Assembly: GCA_951406725.2 (NCBI GenBank) | Contig: OX597818.1 | Span: forward strand, 100,440,001 to 100,504,000 | Reading direction: 5' to 3' | DNA: 64,000 bases | DNA from: Octopus vulgaris | Taxonomy: Eukaryota | In this document: positions 1 through 11,369 of the stretch, one piece after another | Layout: every line of letters starts with the position of its first letter | How positions within the stretch are numbered: the stretch's first letter is position 1 | Position numbers and translations under genes: made by a program | Notes under the pieces: generated by a model | What the model saw: the letters and a program-made list of their open reading frames with translations, nothing else | Database searches by the model: none | Told to the model about the DNA's origin: nothing

Positions 1-80
<80 letters not shown>
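1..80. repeat. (TTA)n microsatellite
   Basis: Perfect trinucleotide run at the window start. Confidence 0.98.
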
Positions 81-82
<2 letters not shown>

Positions 83-728
83 GTGCCCTAAAGTGACTGA
101 TAAATGAAGCAAAAAATAAATAGAATTTGTGTCGTTAAAATATGCTGACCCCAAAACAAAAACAATATACATATATAATTTACATTATCGTCGTATTTGG
201 GACCCAGAAGCCATCATATCGCGTATCTGCTCCTCGAAAAGAACAAAAAACGTCTATATAAAAACTAACTAAAAAGAAGAACATAAAGCAAACCATTAAA
301 AGAGACGTTTAATCAAAACAAAACATACCAAGCACTTGTGTTACTTTCGTATAACAAGAAAAACTAAGTAATTGTATTTTTCTATCATCAATATTCTATA
401 AAGATTACAAGCCTTCGGCTATGTCTCGCCTATATTTTCCAACATAATGGATGTAAATTACCGTAATAGCCTTCTGAGGAATCAGGTGCAGATACTACAT
501 TGTTTATCCGTATATATTACAAAGTTGATATTTATCTATGCTATGTTATATTCAGTATGCGTCTTAGCAAAGGAATGAGGAATTTTTGAAATAAACAAAT
601 GTTATTTATTTATATAGAAAAATCACATGATATATTAACATCTTACCTATACCTCTCAGTAGGAAGCTTCTTGTAGAGCTATATGTCTATGCATGTGTAT
701 ATTTACAACATTTATATCTATCTATATG

Positions 729-1018
<290 letters not shown>

Positions 1019-1130
1019 TAAACGTCCATAAGCATACCCTTTGCTAGCAGAGTCTAATCAGATTCGAAGTGGATTTGGAACCTTAAACCCTACATTTTCC
1101 AATGTTTTAGTGAGAACTCATATATAGTGA

Positions 1131-1325
1131 GAACTCAACTTCACGGAAGGAGGTGCAGATGAGGGCAACTGCATCGAACTCTCTCATGCACCAAATGGCA
1201 ATTGCTAAAAAGCATTCGTGAAGTAAAATCATGTAGCAACACCAAATGGCGGTGCCACAGCATGGCCACAGCTCGCGAGCTGAAACTATATAAAATAAAA
1301 TAAAAATAAAAAATAAAATAAAAAT
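1131..1325 (+). mobile_element. 3' terminal fragment of the CR1-group LINE family, with (TAAAA)n tail
   Basis: Closely matches the reverse complement of 37240-37400 (GCATCGAACTCTCTCATGCACCAAAT...GGCGGTGCC.CAGCATGGCCACAGCTC). Confidence 0.9.
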
Positions 1326-2070
1326 ATGTTGTCGGCGCTGCTGCACAAGATTGTATGACCAATTATGATATATATGTAGTGTAAAACGGAGAAATTATTT
1401 GACGCATGGGACATTAATGAGACGTGGATAAGTCAAATTTGGCCAAACATGTAGTTAATCTGAATGTGGGAAAGAAATGTATTGTGCATTTGGAAGATTG
1501 GAAGGCAGAATGAAAGAAACCTTCGAGTATAACTTCAGAGAATAGAGAATAACCAGGTTTACACAAATGGATAGCATTACGATTTACCGATATAATGTGT
1601 TTTCGGATTTGATACAGTTACGCACGAAGACACTTGCATTTATAAAAAGTAGAAATAGACTTTCATCGAAAAATAGCCTGAAGGACAGACTCAAAGTATA
1701 AATGCGTCTGATTATGCTAAAATTTAAGAGATAGTTTGGAGAAAAGTTTCATGAGATCAAAACCGGATCTCCCCAAATTCACAGGATAGAGAGAAATCGA
1801 GTGTCTAAGGTGAGGAGAAGAAAATATATTATTATTCACAGGAAGCGAAGAAATCTGGAACATTTGTGGTTATCGGCACTATTTAGAGTTTTGTTCCAAT
1901 TGTTTTCAACTTTGGGGAATGGATTAAGTGTTCTATACTAATTATGATAATGAAATCCTTTTTCCTATAAATCAATGTTTAAAAATATTTTAATTATTAA
2001 AATTGAAAATAATTAGTATCTTATCTAATCAGAAGCGCGTATTTTACACATCACCATGGCGAAGGTCTCT

Positions 2071-2330
2071 GTTTCCATAGTAACCAAAGATACTGCGCAT
2101 GCGCACAAGGAGGAGAAGGAGATACGACAAAGATAATCTACTATAATAATACGCTTGTGTTTTATCTGTCACAACATATGAATGAGAAAGGAAGGGGTGA
2201 TAGATGAATAAGGAAGGAAGAGGTGATGGCAAACAGGTAGTGGGATTGTTTCGACCCTGTGCGAGTATATGTGTGTTTATGTACAAAGGAGCTATGCGAA
2301 TGTTTGTGTGTATGTGTGTGCGCACGCGCA
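2071..2330. promoter_or_regulatory. Candidate Pol II promoter: RFX X-box plus two NRF1-type sites
   Basis: GTTTCCATAGTAAC (2071-2084), TGCGCATGCGCA (2094-2105), TGCGCACGCGCA (2319-2330). Confidence 0.55.
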
Positions 2331-2423
2331 ATGGAAATGGGATGCTGAAGATTCAACGATGAAAATAAATATCAAACAGCGTTTCAATTGTGCTTGCGAA
2401 TGTTTTAATGTTAACTTCATTCG

Positions 2424-2554
2424 TGAATATTTTAATGCCTTGACTTCTATTTCTAGTAATGCTTTGACATGCCGATGCCCTCTCCCCTGAATATTTTAAT
2501 GCCTTGACTTCTATTTCTAGCAATGCTTTGACATGCCGATGCCCTCTCCCCTGA
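2424..2554. repeat. 64-bp tandem duplication
   Basis: Unit TGAATATTTTAATGCC...CCCTCTCCCC at 2424 and 2488, one mismatch. Confidence 0.95.
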
Positions 2555-2999
2555 TGATGAAAGAGGCAGCGAACGCACTGCTTTTTAATTGGCAGAAAAT
2601 TCTGAAAATTATCAAACTTTGAACACTTGTTACATTTTTGCAAAATTTTCCTGTAATAAATGAATAACAAATTCGGATTCAGCATCAATAATTACATCTA
2701 TATGATACATCAAAACATTTTTAAAATGATAATTTTAAACGGTGACGAAAACCACAAAGATCCGAAACTTCCCATGATGCAAACTGTTTGTTGAGTACAT
2801 TACAACTAGAAATATAATTAATAGTGGAATATCAATAGTTCTTATTCTTAAGTAGAGGTGTTTACATGTCTGGAGAAAGCACAAGGAAGCATTCAGCATT
2901 CACAGTTTTGCCCATAAACTGAAGCATTTTGTTTGTGGTTTGGGACAGCCATATAACAGGAGTCTTGCAATGACACAAATATTTGGAAAGGATATGTGA

Positions 3000-3300
3000 G
3001 AGACTCCTTTCGGTCATGACTGACCATGGGAATGCACCTAGAAAGTTACCCTCTCAGGCACAAGTCCGGGCAAGGTTGTTAATGGAAGACCAGCAGTCGC
3101 CCACGCATATTGGCCTTCCCTCTCCACGTCACCAGTGTTAACCAAGGGACAGGCAATGGCCGATATACCTTGGCACCTGAGACATCGCAACGAATTTCTG
3201 CAGCTGAGTGCACTGGAGCAACAAATCACGCAGCCCGGTCCGGGATTCGTACTCACAACCTCGCTATCATAAGCTCGGCACTCTAACCACTGATCCATGG
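3000..3300 (-). mobile_element. tRNA-headed SINE, family B
   Basis: Reverse complement matches 49531-49861; A/B-box-like head near 3240-3300. Confidence 0.85.
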
Positions 3301-3950
3301 AAATATTATGGTGTTTAATATGTTCCAGTACAATCGTTGAAAGTGTTGCTTTGACATATTAACAATTTAGTGAAGGAAACTAGTAAAAGACTAAATCAGC
3401 AGTTTAACTTCAAATCTAGGTGCAGCTACAAGAGATAGTCCGTACGACTTTTAATTTCCTAAGCGGACTTTTGATATCGATGACGGCCATATTGTGTCTT
3501 GCATGTAAATTAACCAATGTATTCTCCGTAAGGTTAGAATTGTTTTGCGAAATGTTTTCTATATATTAGTAAGTTCCTCCGTCGTGACACCACTTTTATT
3601 GATAATTTTATCGTTGTCTCTAAGTTTCTTTTTCTTTTTCTTTCTGTCATCCCTCGTCTCTCTCTTTCGTTGTTCCTCTCTCGGGGATATTTTTGTCATT
3701 CTCTCTTTCTCTCTTTCTCTTTTTCTCTCTGTCGTTCTCCCTTTCTTTCTGTCGTTATCTCTTTCCCTGATTGACAATCTGCTCTACCTGGTTTAACTTG
3801 AAATCTAGTTATAGGCGATACTCCTTGCGACTTCTGAATTTCCATGCTGACTTTGAATGTCGATAACAGAAACGTTTTGTTTTCCATGCAAATTAACCAA
3901 TGTGTTCTCTGCGAGGCTAGAACTGTCATTCAAAACGTTTTCTATAGAAG

Positions 3951-3999
<49 letters not shown>

Positions 4000-4028
4000 T
4001 AATAATAAAAATAAAAATAATAATAATG

Positions 4029-4098
<70 letters not shown>

Positions 4099-4110
4099 TA
4101 ATAATAATAA
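3951..4110. repeat. (AAT)n microsatellite
   Basis: Direct reading; encodes the poly-N of ORF 3857..4435. Confidence 0.97.
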
Positions 4111-4630
4111 CAACAGAAAGATAAATACAAATAGGCCAGACATCATATTGAAAGACTTCAGACAAAGAACATGCCTCCTCATTGATATGACTGTCCCAAT
4201 CGATATAAACGTATCTGTCAAGACCTACCAAATGCTGAGCAAATATAAAAATCGTGAGATAGAAATCAGCAAAATATGGAACCTGAAGACTAAAACAATA
4301 CCTGTTGTCATAGGTGCCCTGGGAATGGTAGCAAAAGGGGCTGATTGCTACCTAACTCAGATACCAGGAAACACCAAAATGGCAGAAATTCAAAAGATAG
4401 TGCTCAGAGGAACTGCCAAAATACTTTCTATGTAATCTCAAATTTTAAAACAAACATAATTTTCGTATATTTTTTTTTTAGACATTCACTAGTACAACAC
4501 TAAATACAAAACCAAATATATGGCACATTAGGCATAACAACAACAGGAACTTCCAACATGTTGTCTCTTTAGGTCTCTGGGTGAGACTTGGAGCCAACTT
4601 GTACAAATGTAAAGCAAAAGTCAAGCATAA
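4111..4630 (+). mobile_element. R4/Dong-like LINE 3' fragment (RLE endonuclease domain plus 3' UTR)
   Basis: RPDIILKD...LLIDMTVP...KYK..EI...IPVVIGALG motif, starting right after (AAT)n. Confidence 0.9.
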
Positions 4631-4976
4631 CTTCTGCAGTCACGGTAAGTGTTTTATCGTTGTTGTTTTTGTCACTAGCTAGGCTATGTTCTTCAACCAC
4701 GGGATACAAAAGGGATGGGTTTGTTGGCAGATTGTGGTTACTTCCTGTGTTGTTCTTGTAGCTGTTATCTTTGTCTGCGCAGCCTTCTATTGTCGTTATC
4801 AATTGCTCCCTTCAATCTTTGTCTAGTAGTGGTAGCAGTTGCAGCAGCAGTAGTAGTAGAGTAGTAGGGCTTTGTATTCCTGTGCCATCAGGAAACAAAC
4901 GAAGAAGGGTCACACATTTGTGGTCAGCAGAGGTCAATTGTATACTACTACCAGCGATTAATTCGAGAGCTGACAT

Positions 4977-6350
4977 TGGTCTTGGAAAGGACCTCCTCAC
5001 GTTGTTCTGTCTGCCAATTATTCATGGAATGTTTTATATATTTTATAATTATTAGTACTACCTCGTTCATGGCTAGTGTTTCTAGGATCGATGTGTTGGG
5101 AATACTATCAAAAGCATTTCGGTAATCGACCCAGGCCATACGTAGACACCTCTTCCTTCTGCGTTTGTCTTCAGTTATAGCTTTATTGATCATTACTTGA
5201 TCATTACAGCCATCTCAACTCTTGCAGCATACCTTCTGCTCTTCTGGAAACGGGTTGTTTTCTTCCAGATGCTTGCTCATTCTCTGAGATATTATTGCAG
5301 TAAAGGCTTTGTAAATTGTAGGGAGACAAGTTATTGGTTTGTAATTTTGTGGGTTTGCCGTTCCAGTGGGTTTGGGAATTAGGATAATTTTCTCTTCCGT
5401 GAGCCATTCAGGCATTGTCTTGTTATTAATTTTCTCAACCAGCTTTTTATGTGTTCCTGTCAGATATTTTAACCAGAAGATGAGGATCTTGTGCCCAGGT
5501 GCCTTCCATTTACTAATCTTTTAGTGACTGGTTAACCTCGTCAGTGGTTATAGGAGTCCAAAGTTGTTCAGGTGCTGAGTTCGTTGTTTCGATAGACCTG
5601 AGTCTTCTCCTTTGCTGACCATATTTCTTTTCAAAATTCTTTCACTTCTTCTGCTGTTGTGCTGCACTGATGTCTATTTTATTTTTGCCATGTTCTTGGC
5701 AGAATATTTTAGGGATAGAGTTGAACAGTTTGTTTTGTTTAAAGAAACTTTTGGTGATTCTCATACCGGCGGATTCTTTGTGCTTTTCAAGGATATCTTA
5801 CTTTAGCTGTTCTTTTACCTCAGCTAAACTTTTTTCTATAATTTTGTATTTACACATTATTTTTGCTCTCTTTTTATTGCTTAGTAGTGTTGATTGCCTA
5901 CTAGTTTCGTTAAGGATTGACATATCTCTTCTCTTGTTTTCTATTTTTCTGGATATTATTTATCCACGGGGTTTGTTTGGGTGGTAGTAGTCCTGATGCT
6001 CTCCCTTGTTAGCTCGAGCCTTTTAGATGCACTATAACAAAAGCTACATTATGCACTATATCACTTAAAATAAATTACTATAATTGTATTTATGCAAGAT
6101 TTGAAGAAGAAAAGCTACTATCTCTAGCAAGCTGATTGATGATGTGTAGGTCTCATTGGCACATCTTTCAGCATTTTACTGCAAGTTCACTTCATTAAGC
6201 ATTAACTTATAACACCCTGATTTCATTTTTATATCTTATACGTATACACTTCTAGTTAGGTCTCTGTTTCACACTGCCCTAGAATTTATTATCTCGTTAT
6301 ATAGATAACATTGTTCAATTCTAGGTTCCTTGCGAATGATCAATGTCTTT
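4977..6350 (-). mobile_element. Degenerate R4/Dong-like LINE, N-terminal region and start of RT
   Basis: PEWLTEE.IILIPK...NYKPITCLPTIYK; EEQK; MAWVDYRNAFDSIP; frameshifted. Confidence 0.85.
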
Positions 6351-9109
6351 TTTTGTTTCTTCTATTTTCTGTTTATTATCACATTCGCAAATATCAATCA
6401 CACCATTATGATAAATTCGCATTTTATATCTAAAATAAATATATAACTTATTCTCTAAGTGTTATCTTCACTGTTTGGCATTTTATACTGAAATCGGATT
6501 ATGTATATATTTTTTTTATTTCAGAATATTTACTATGAAGTGGATATATAAGTCATTCCAATTATTTTCCATAATGGTATTTTTGCTTCTATCAAAATTT
6601 GACTATTATATATGTCATTTGTGTGAATTTAGAACAATCACTTGTCATCAGAATTTCTTCAGCTGGAAATCTAGAAGATTTTTTTATGGACGCTAGAGTG
6701 GATATACACTAATATATTTTTCTTAGTTACAACACTTCTGTTTAATATTATTTTTACTTAACATAAAATCCGAATTATTTCAGTAAATAGCTTCATATAC
6801 TTGACCATTTTTGCGTATAACTCATGTAAATATAGATGGCAAAGAGTCTGAAATTAATGCCGTCGTGAGGTAAATTGAACATCATCGAGCCTCAACAGGC
6901 CGGTCTGTTAAAGAGAATTTGGGGTTCAGATGCTCTGGATAACTTTCAGAAATATCTGAAGGGACAATGCTAACAGGGGTAGTGTTGAGTCATGGCAACT
7001 ATAGCCATGTTAATCAAGTCAACTTGCCTTACCCAGGAAGTGTGTAAAACCGACAAGATTGATCCACATACATTTGTTTAGAGTTGAAATATTGTTGGCT
7101 GGAGAGGTGTCGAATAGCTTTCCTACTTGAAGGAGAGATCTGAAAATTCTAGCGGAACCATTTCTCACCTGCTCCTTTTCTGTGACTGGGAAAGAGCTGA
7201 TAGTTATCCTTTGCCAGTGGTTATGCGAAAGATGTGTTATGGACGGGAATATGACTAAAAATGTACTGTTCTCTCTGTGGCAAAGTTCTTACGAATTTGT
7301 CTCACCAGGAGTGGAAGATAAAGGTAACTTTGGAAAATATAATCCAGAATTAAAAATTATACAGTGTTCATGGAGAATCGCAAGGAAGTCATCTGCACAA
7401 ATTATATGCCCTCTTAAAGCAGATAAGGGTCACAATTAAAGTACATATGCTGGTTGTAACGGAAGGAACAGTATAAATTCCCTGACATAATTTATATTTT
7501 CAAGTACGAGATCCAATATATGTTGTATCGAGAGTGTTTTTCAGGTGTTACACAGGAGATCATACGCAGATATAGAGAGGTGTCTGTCTTCTGGCAAAAA
7601 AGTGGAACGCATGTCACCTCAAATACAATATAGCAACGTAAGCAACAAAACCAGAAACTGAAAGCACTCTTATAAGGTCCAAAAAAAAAAAAGACTAAGG
7701 CACCGATAGCGTTAACACAACTGTCTTTCATTCGAGAAACTCCAGAAGGAAGTCCTCATTCTTGAAGCAAAAGCTGACACAAATGAAACAAACAGATACA
7801 TCCGTCTATAAACCAAGAGTAAATTAAAATGAAAACAAGAACTAGAAGCCAAGAGCAAAGAGAAAGAAAAGAATACGAACAGCGAGCGATCCACAAACTA
7901 TAAAATATAAAAACGCAGATTAAACAAAACAAAAAACACAGTATTTTTAGAATACTTGTCAATGTCCTTGTCTACAATATGATGTGTATATCAATCAGCT
8001 GGTCTGGATTAGGAAGCTGGGTGGCTCTTTAACTTGGAGATTATTTGGATCTCAAGATATAGACGGCATCCCTGCATCCAGGTGGTATGTCGATCGTTCG
8101 CCTGTCATGGTTAGCAGTAAAAGCATCTGTGCTCATAAAGGGATACAAAAGTCGCATTTCTTCATGTGTTTTCTAGGAAACTGCTGTAATCCAACGTGGG
8201 ACTGTTATAACGTCCACTTCCGTATAGACACCATTATCTATAATCGACTATCACCGACTTCTCGACGTGACAGTATTTGTAACGGCTACCACATATCACT
8301 CACCACGTGGGAGAGGTTTTACGTTATTATTATTATTATTATTTTTATCCCCATACCATCTCCAGTTTTAAACAGTGTAATATTTTATTTCCTTTTATTA
8401 GTAATACGTTTTACATCACCCCACCTACCCCACTGTTTTCATACAGTTACAAATTTAATATTATTTTCGTTTGGTATCCACTTCCAGGAACATTTTCGTT
8501 TTATTTCGCTTGTGCCTCTGGGTTCAATTACTTTCAGTAGCGTTGGTACTTGAAAAGTATCATAGAATTATTCCATTGGTTCTTCTATTCTCTTGGGTTC
8601 GCTCTTAATAGATCTTTTCTTTTTGTTGGTTCACGTGTCTCTTGTATTCCCCTCTTTTTCCTTTTACCAAGTATCGCATTTTTCATAGGCGTTTGGTAAT
8701 CACGCCATCTTCCCAACTATGTTTCCCGATCTATATGAATGAAAGATAGAAATAGAGTGTAGCCCAGAGCACCAGTAGCGACGGTCTCAAGGAGGAGATA
8801 CGAAGCTCCCATCTTACTGCAGTGTCATTCCCGGAATGTATCACTAAGGGGTCTACAGAAATGCCGAGGATGTGCGATACACACTTGTGAAAGGGCGATA
8901 AAATGCTTCCGAGAAACATTAAAATTTAAAATATAAGTCTGAAATACAAAGTAGAATGCATTTCCCTGGGAATATCCAGTGATTTTATCAATCTATATTG
9001 GACGGTAACCAACTACTGTGATGAGAAATCACTCTTCCTTAAGGCGACATACATCTACTGCAGAGAGTTACGTATTTATTAAACAAGAAATCCATCTCGC
9101 AATACTGAA

Positions 9110-9182
<73 letters not shown>

Positions 9183-9659
9183 ACAGGCTAGGTAGAATGC
9201 CTTCTCGTAATGTCTAAGAATAAACACTTGCCAAACCATTACTCAGATTGAAGAACAACTCATATAAGAAACTGGAGTTTTTGTAAATAACATCTTGTGT
9301 CACCTTTCCAGTATAATACACAATTGTCATTGTTTTATTAACTCATCTGTATGTTATTCATAAATTTTCAGGCTTCTTCCACCCACATTTATATAAAATG
9401 CTTTGAAACTCTGAATTATTGCTTTCAAAATTATAATCGAAATACTTGCGGGCATATCAAGTTCTCGCACGCTTCTATTATTTCAGGAGAAGAAGCCAAC
9501 TCGAATAACTAGTAAACAACATTTTAAAATGAAAATAAATGAATGTCTAATTGGCAGACATTGTCTGTATCTAAGACGTTTAAACATTTCAATGGTAGGA
9601 AATTTTAACTTACACAGATTTAGTTTCATAAAATCCAAACTTTCAAGGAGTCATAACGA

Positions 9660-9737
9660 AAACCGTCCTCCCTTCCCCATCGTTATCGCCGCCGTCACCG
9701 TCCTCCCCTTCTCCTTCCTCTTCCTCTCCTTCCTCCT

Positions 9738-9829
<92 letters not shown>

Positions 9830-9890
9830 ACCACCACCACCACCGCCGCCGCCGCCACCACCACCACTACTACTACCACTACTACTTCCA
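9660..9890. repeat. Compound trinucleotide tract (CTA)n(CTG)n(CCA)n(CCG)n
   Basis: Direct reading. Confidence 0.95.
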
Positions 9891-10289
9891 CTAAAAGTAG
9901 TGCCGGTAAAAATAATATTAATTAACAGCACTATAATTAAAAGTATTAGTAGTAGCTATAACAACAACTGCAATACCAGTAATAATTATGACTAATGAAT
10001 TTAACACCTTCACGTGAACACTTATCAACAATGTAGTGACACTTATCAACAATGTAGTGACAATATTACAATGGATATAGCCTTGATATCTCTTATTATA
10101 AAATATGTGATAAAGCCGCATTCTTGTAAAGGAAACTCTTACTATTACACCTAGACATGTATACCTTATTTGAAGGAATTAGAAATGGTTAAGTGTTTGT
10201 GTGAAGTGGATGACATCCATCACTTAGAAATGTGCGAGAAAGTATGAAATGAAACTTATCGTGGAATTATAGCCATCGTCAAAAGTGAA

Positions 10290-10705
10290 ATTACCCTGTG
10301 ACCAACACCTTTAATATCACAAAATTCTCCATTAATGATGTCAGTAAAATACGCAGGTTTCCATATGCATCAACAAAATGCAAATCTAGACAGGATGCGC
10401 GCCTGGATGAGGTGCGACTACTCGATAGGTGTGGTGCGTGTAAAAGCTACATGAATCTCCGCAGCTCCTTCAAACTGACTGACAAGAATCGACTGAATTA
10501 CTCGAATACGCTAATGTTGACATGGGTAAACAGCATCAGAACTTCCAGATCGTATCTAGATAGATGAGATGATCCAGCCACAATCGCTCCCATAGAGAAG
10601 GATCTGAAAGGCATTATGGAAGATGTTGCCAGGCAAATGATATCCTTCTAGGCTGGACAACTGGTGGATCATGGCCTGCGTCATATTAGGGGATTCGAAG
10701 ACACT
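10290..10705 (+). mobile_element. Probable Tx1-like LINE ORF1 fragment
   Basis: 10560-10705 matches the reverse complement of 13855-14005 (DDPATI..IEKDLKGIME.V..QMIS). Confidence 0.55.
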
Positions 10706-10721
10706 GGTAGTAGTAGTAGTG

Positions 10722-10787
<66 letters not shown>

Positions 10788-10812
10788 TAAGTAGTAGGAT
10801 AATTTAGTAGTA
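10706..10812. repeat. (TAG)n microsatellite
   Basis: Direct reading. Confidence 0.95.
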
Positions 10813-11360
10813 GGATAATTTGAGAACGAGGACTCAAGCATCTGCTGCTGTCTCTAAAGACAGCAACTACAATGTTAGACGCCTATCTAAGCTTATCTAA
10901 AGAACCTTAAGGAGTGGGTGGTTGAGCTTTTTTCTATGAAAGAAATTAGTAAGGGACTAGATTCCGTAAGTTTAATCAGGGAATATGTAAATGAATTAAA
11001 GATCACCGAAACCGAGAAGCATCCAGATGAACGAGAAAAATTCATTAAAAAAGAGAAACAAATAAATGCACTGGCCAAATAAATCTGAATCTCAGAGCTG
11101 CGAACAAATATCTACGAGGGTCAGCAATCCAGATGCTGATACAAATGTAACTCACTAATAGCTCGCTGCATCTAAGTTTAAATCGAAAACGGAGGATTTC
11201 ATTTTAGCGGCTCAGGATCAATGTCTGCCCTCTAGATATTGCCAAGCTAACATTATCAGAAATAGTGCTGATCCTGTTTGCTGCCTCTGTGGTTCTGTCA
11301 GAGAAACAACCGACCACCTCATCCTGTGTTTGGTTTATGTTAGCCTCAAAAGACTATATA
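10813..11360 (+). mobile_element. Degenerate R4/Dong-like LINE, C-terminal region
   Basis: KSKTEDFILAAQDQCLP...CCLCGSVRETTDHL zinc-knuckle region. Confidence 0.8.
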
Positions 11361-11369
11361 TGATATTGA

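Noticed and set aside
6780-7720. Possible old RTE/LINE remnants
   Set aside because: Only faint, disordered motif resemblance; not supportable by eye
8285-8325. HDV-like ribozyme core (minus-strand CCTCTCCCACGTGG) next to (TAA)n
   Set aside because: I could not build P1/P2/P4 and the loop length does not fit; needs a descriptor search
9529-9931. Poly-Y/V/S/G/H ORFs
   Set aside because: Trinucleotide microsatellite translations
10019-10062. Short tandem duplications (21 bp here; also near 26540 and 58392)
   Set aside because: Ordinary slippage products with no further structure
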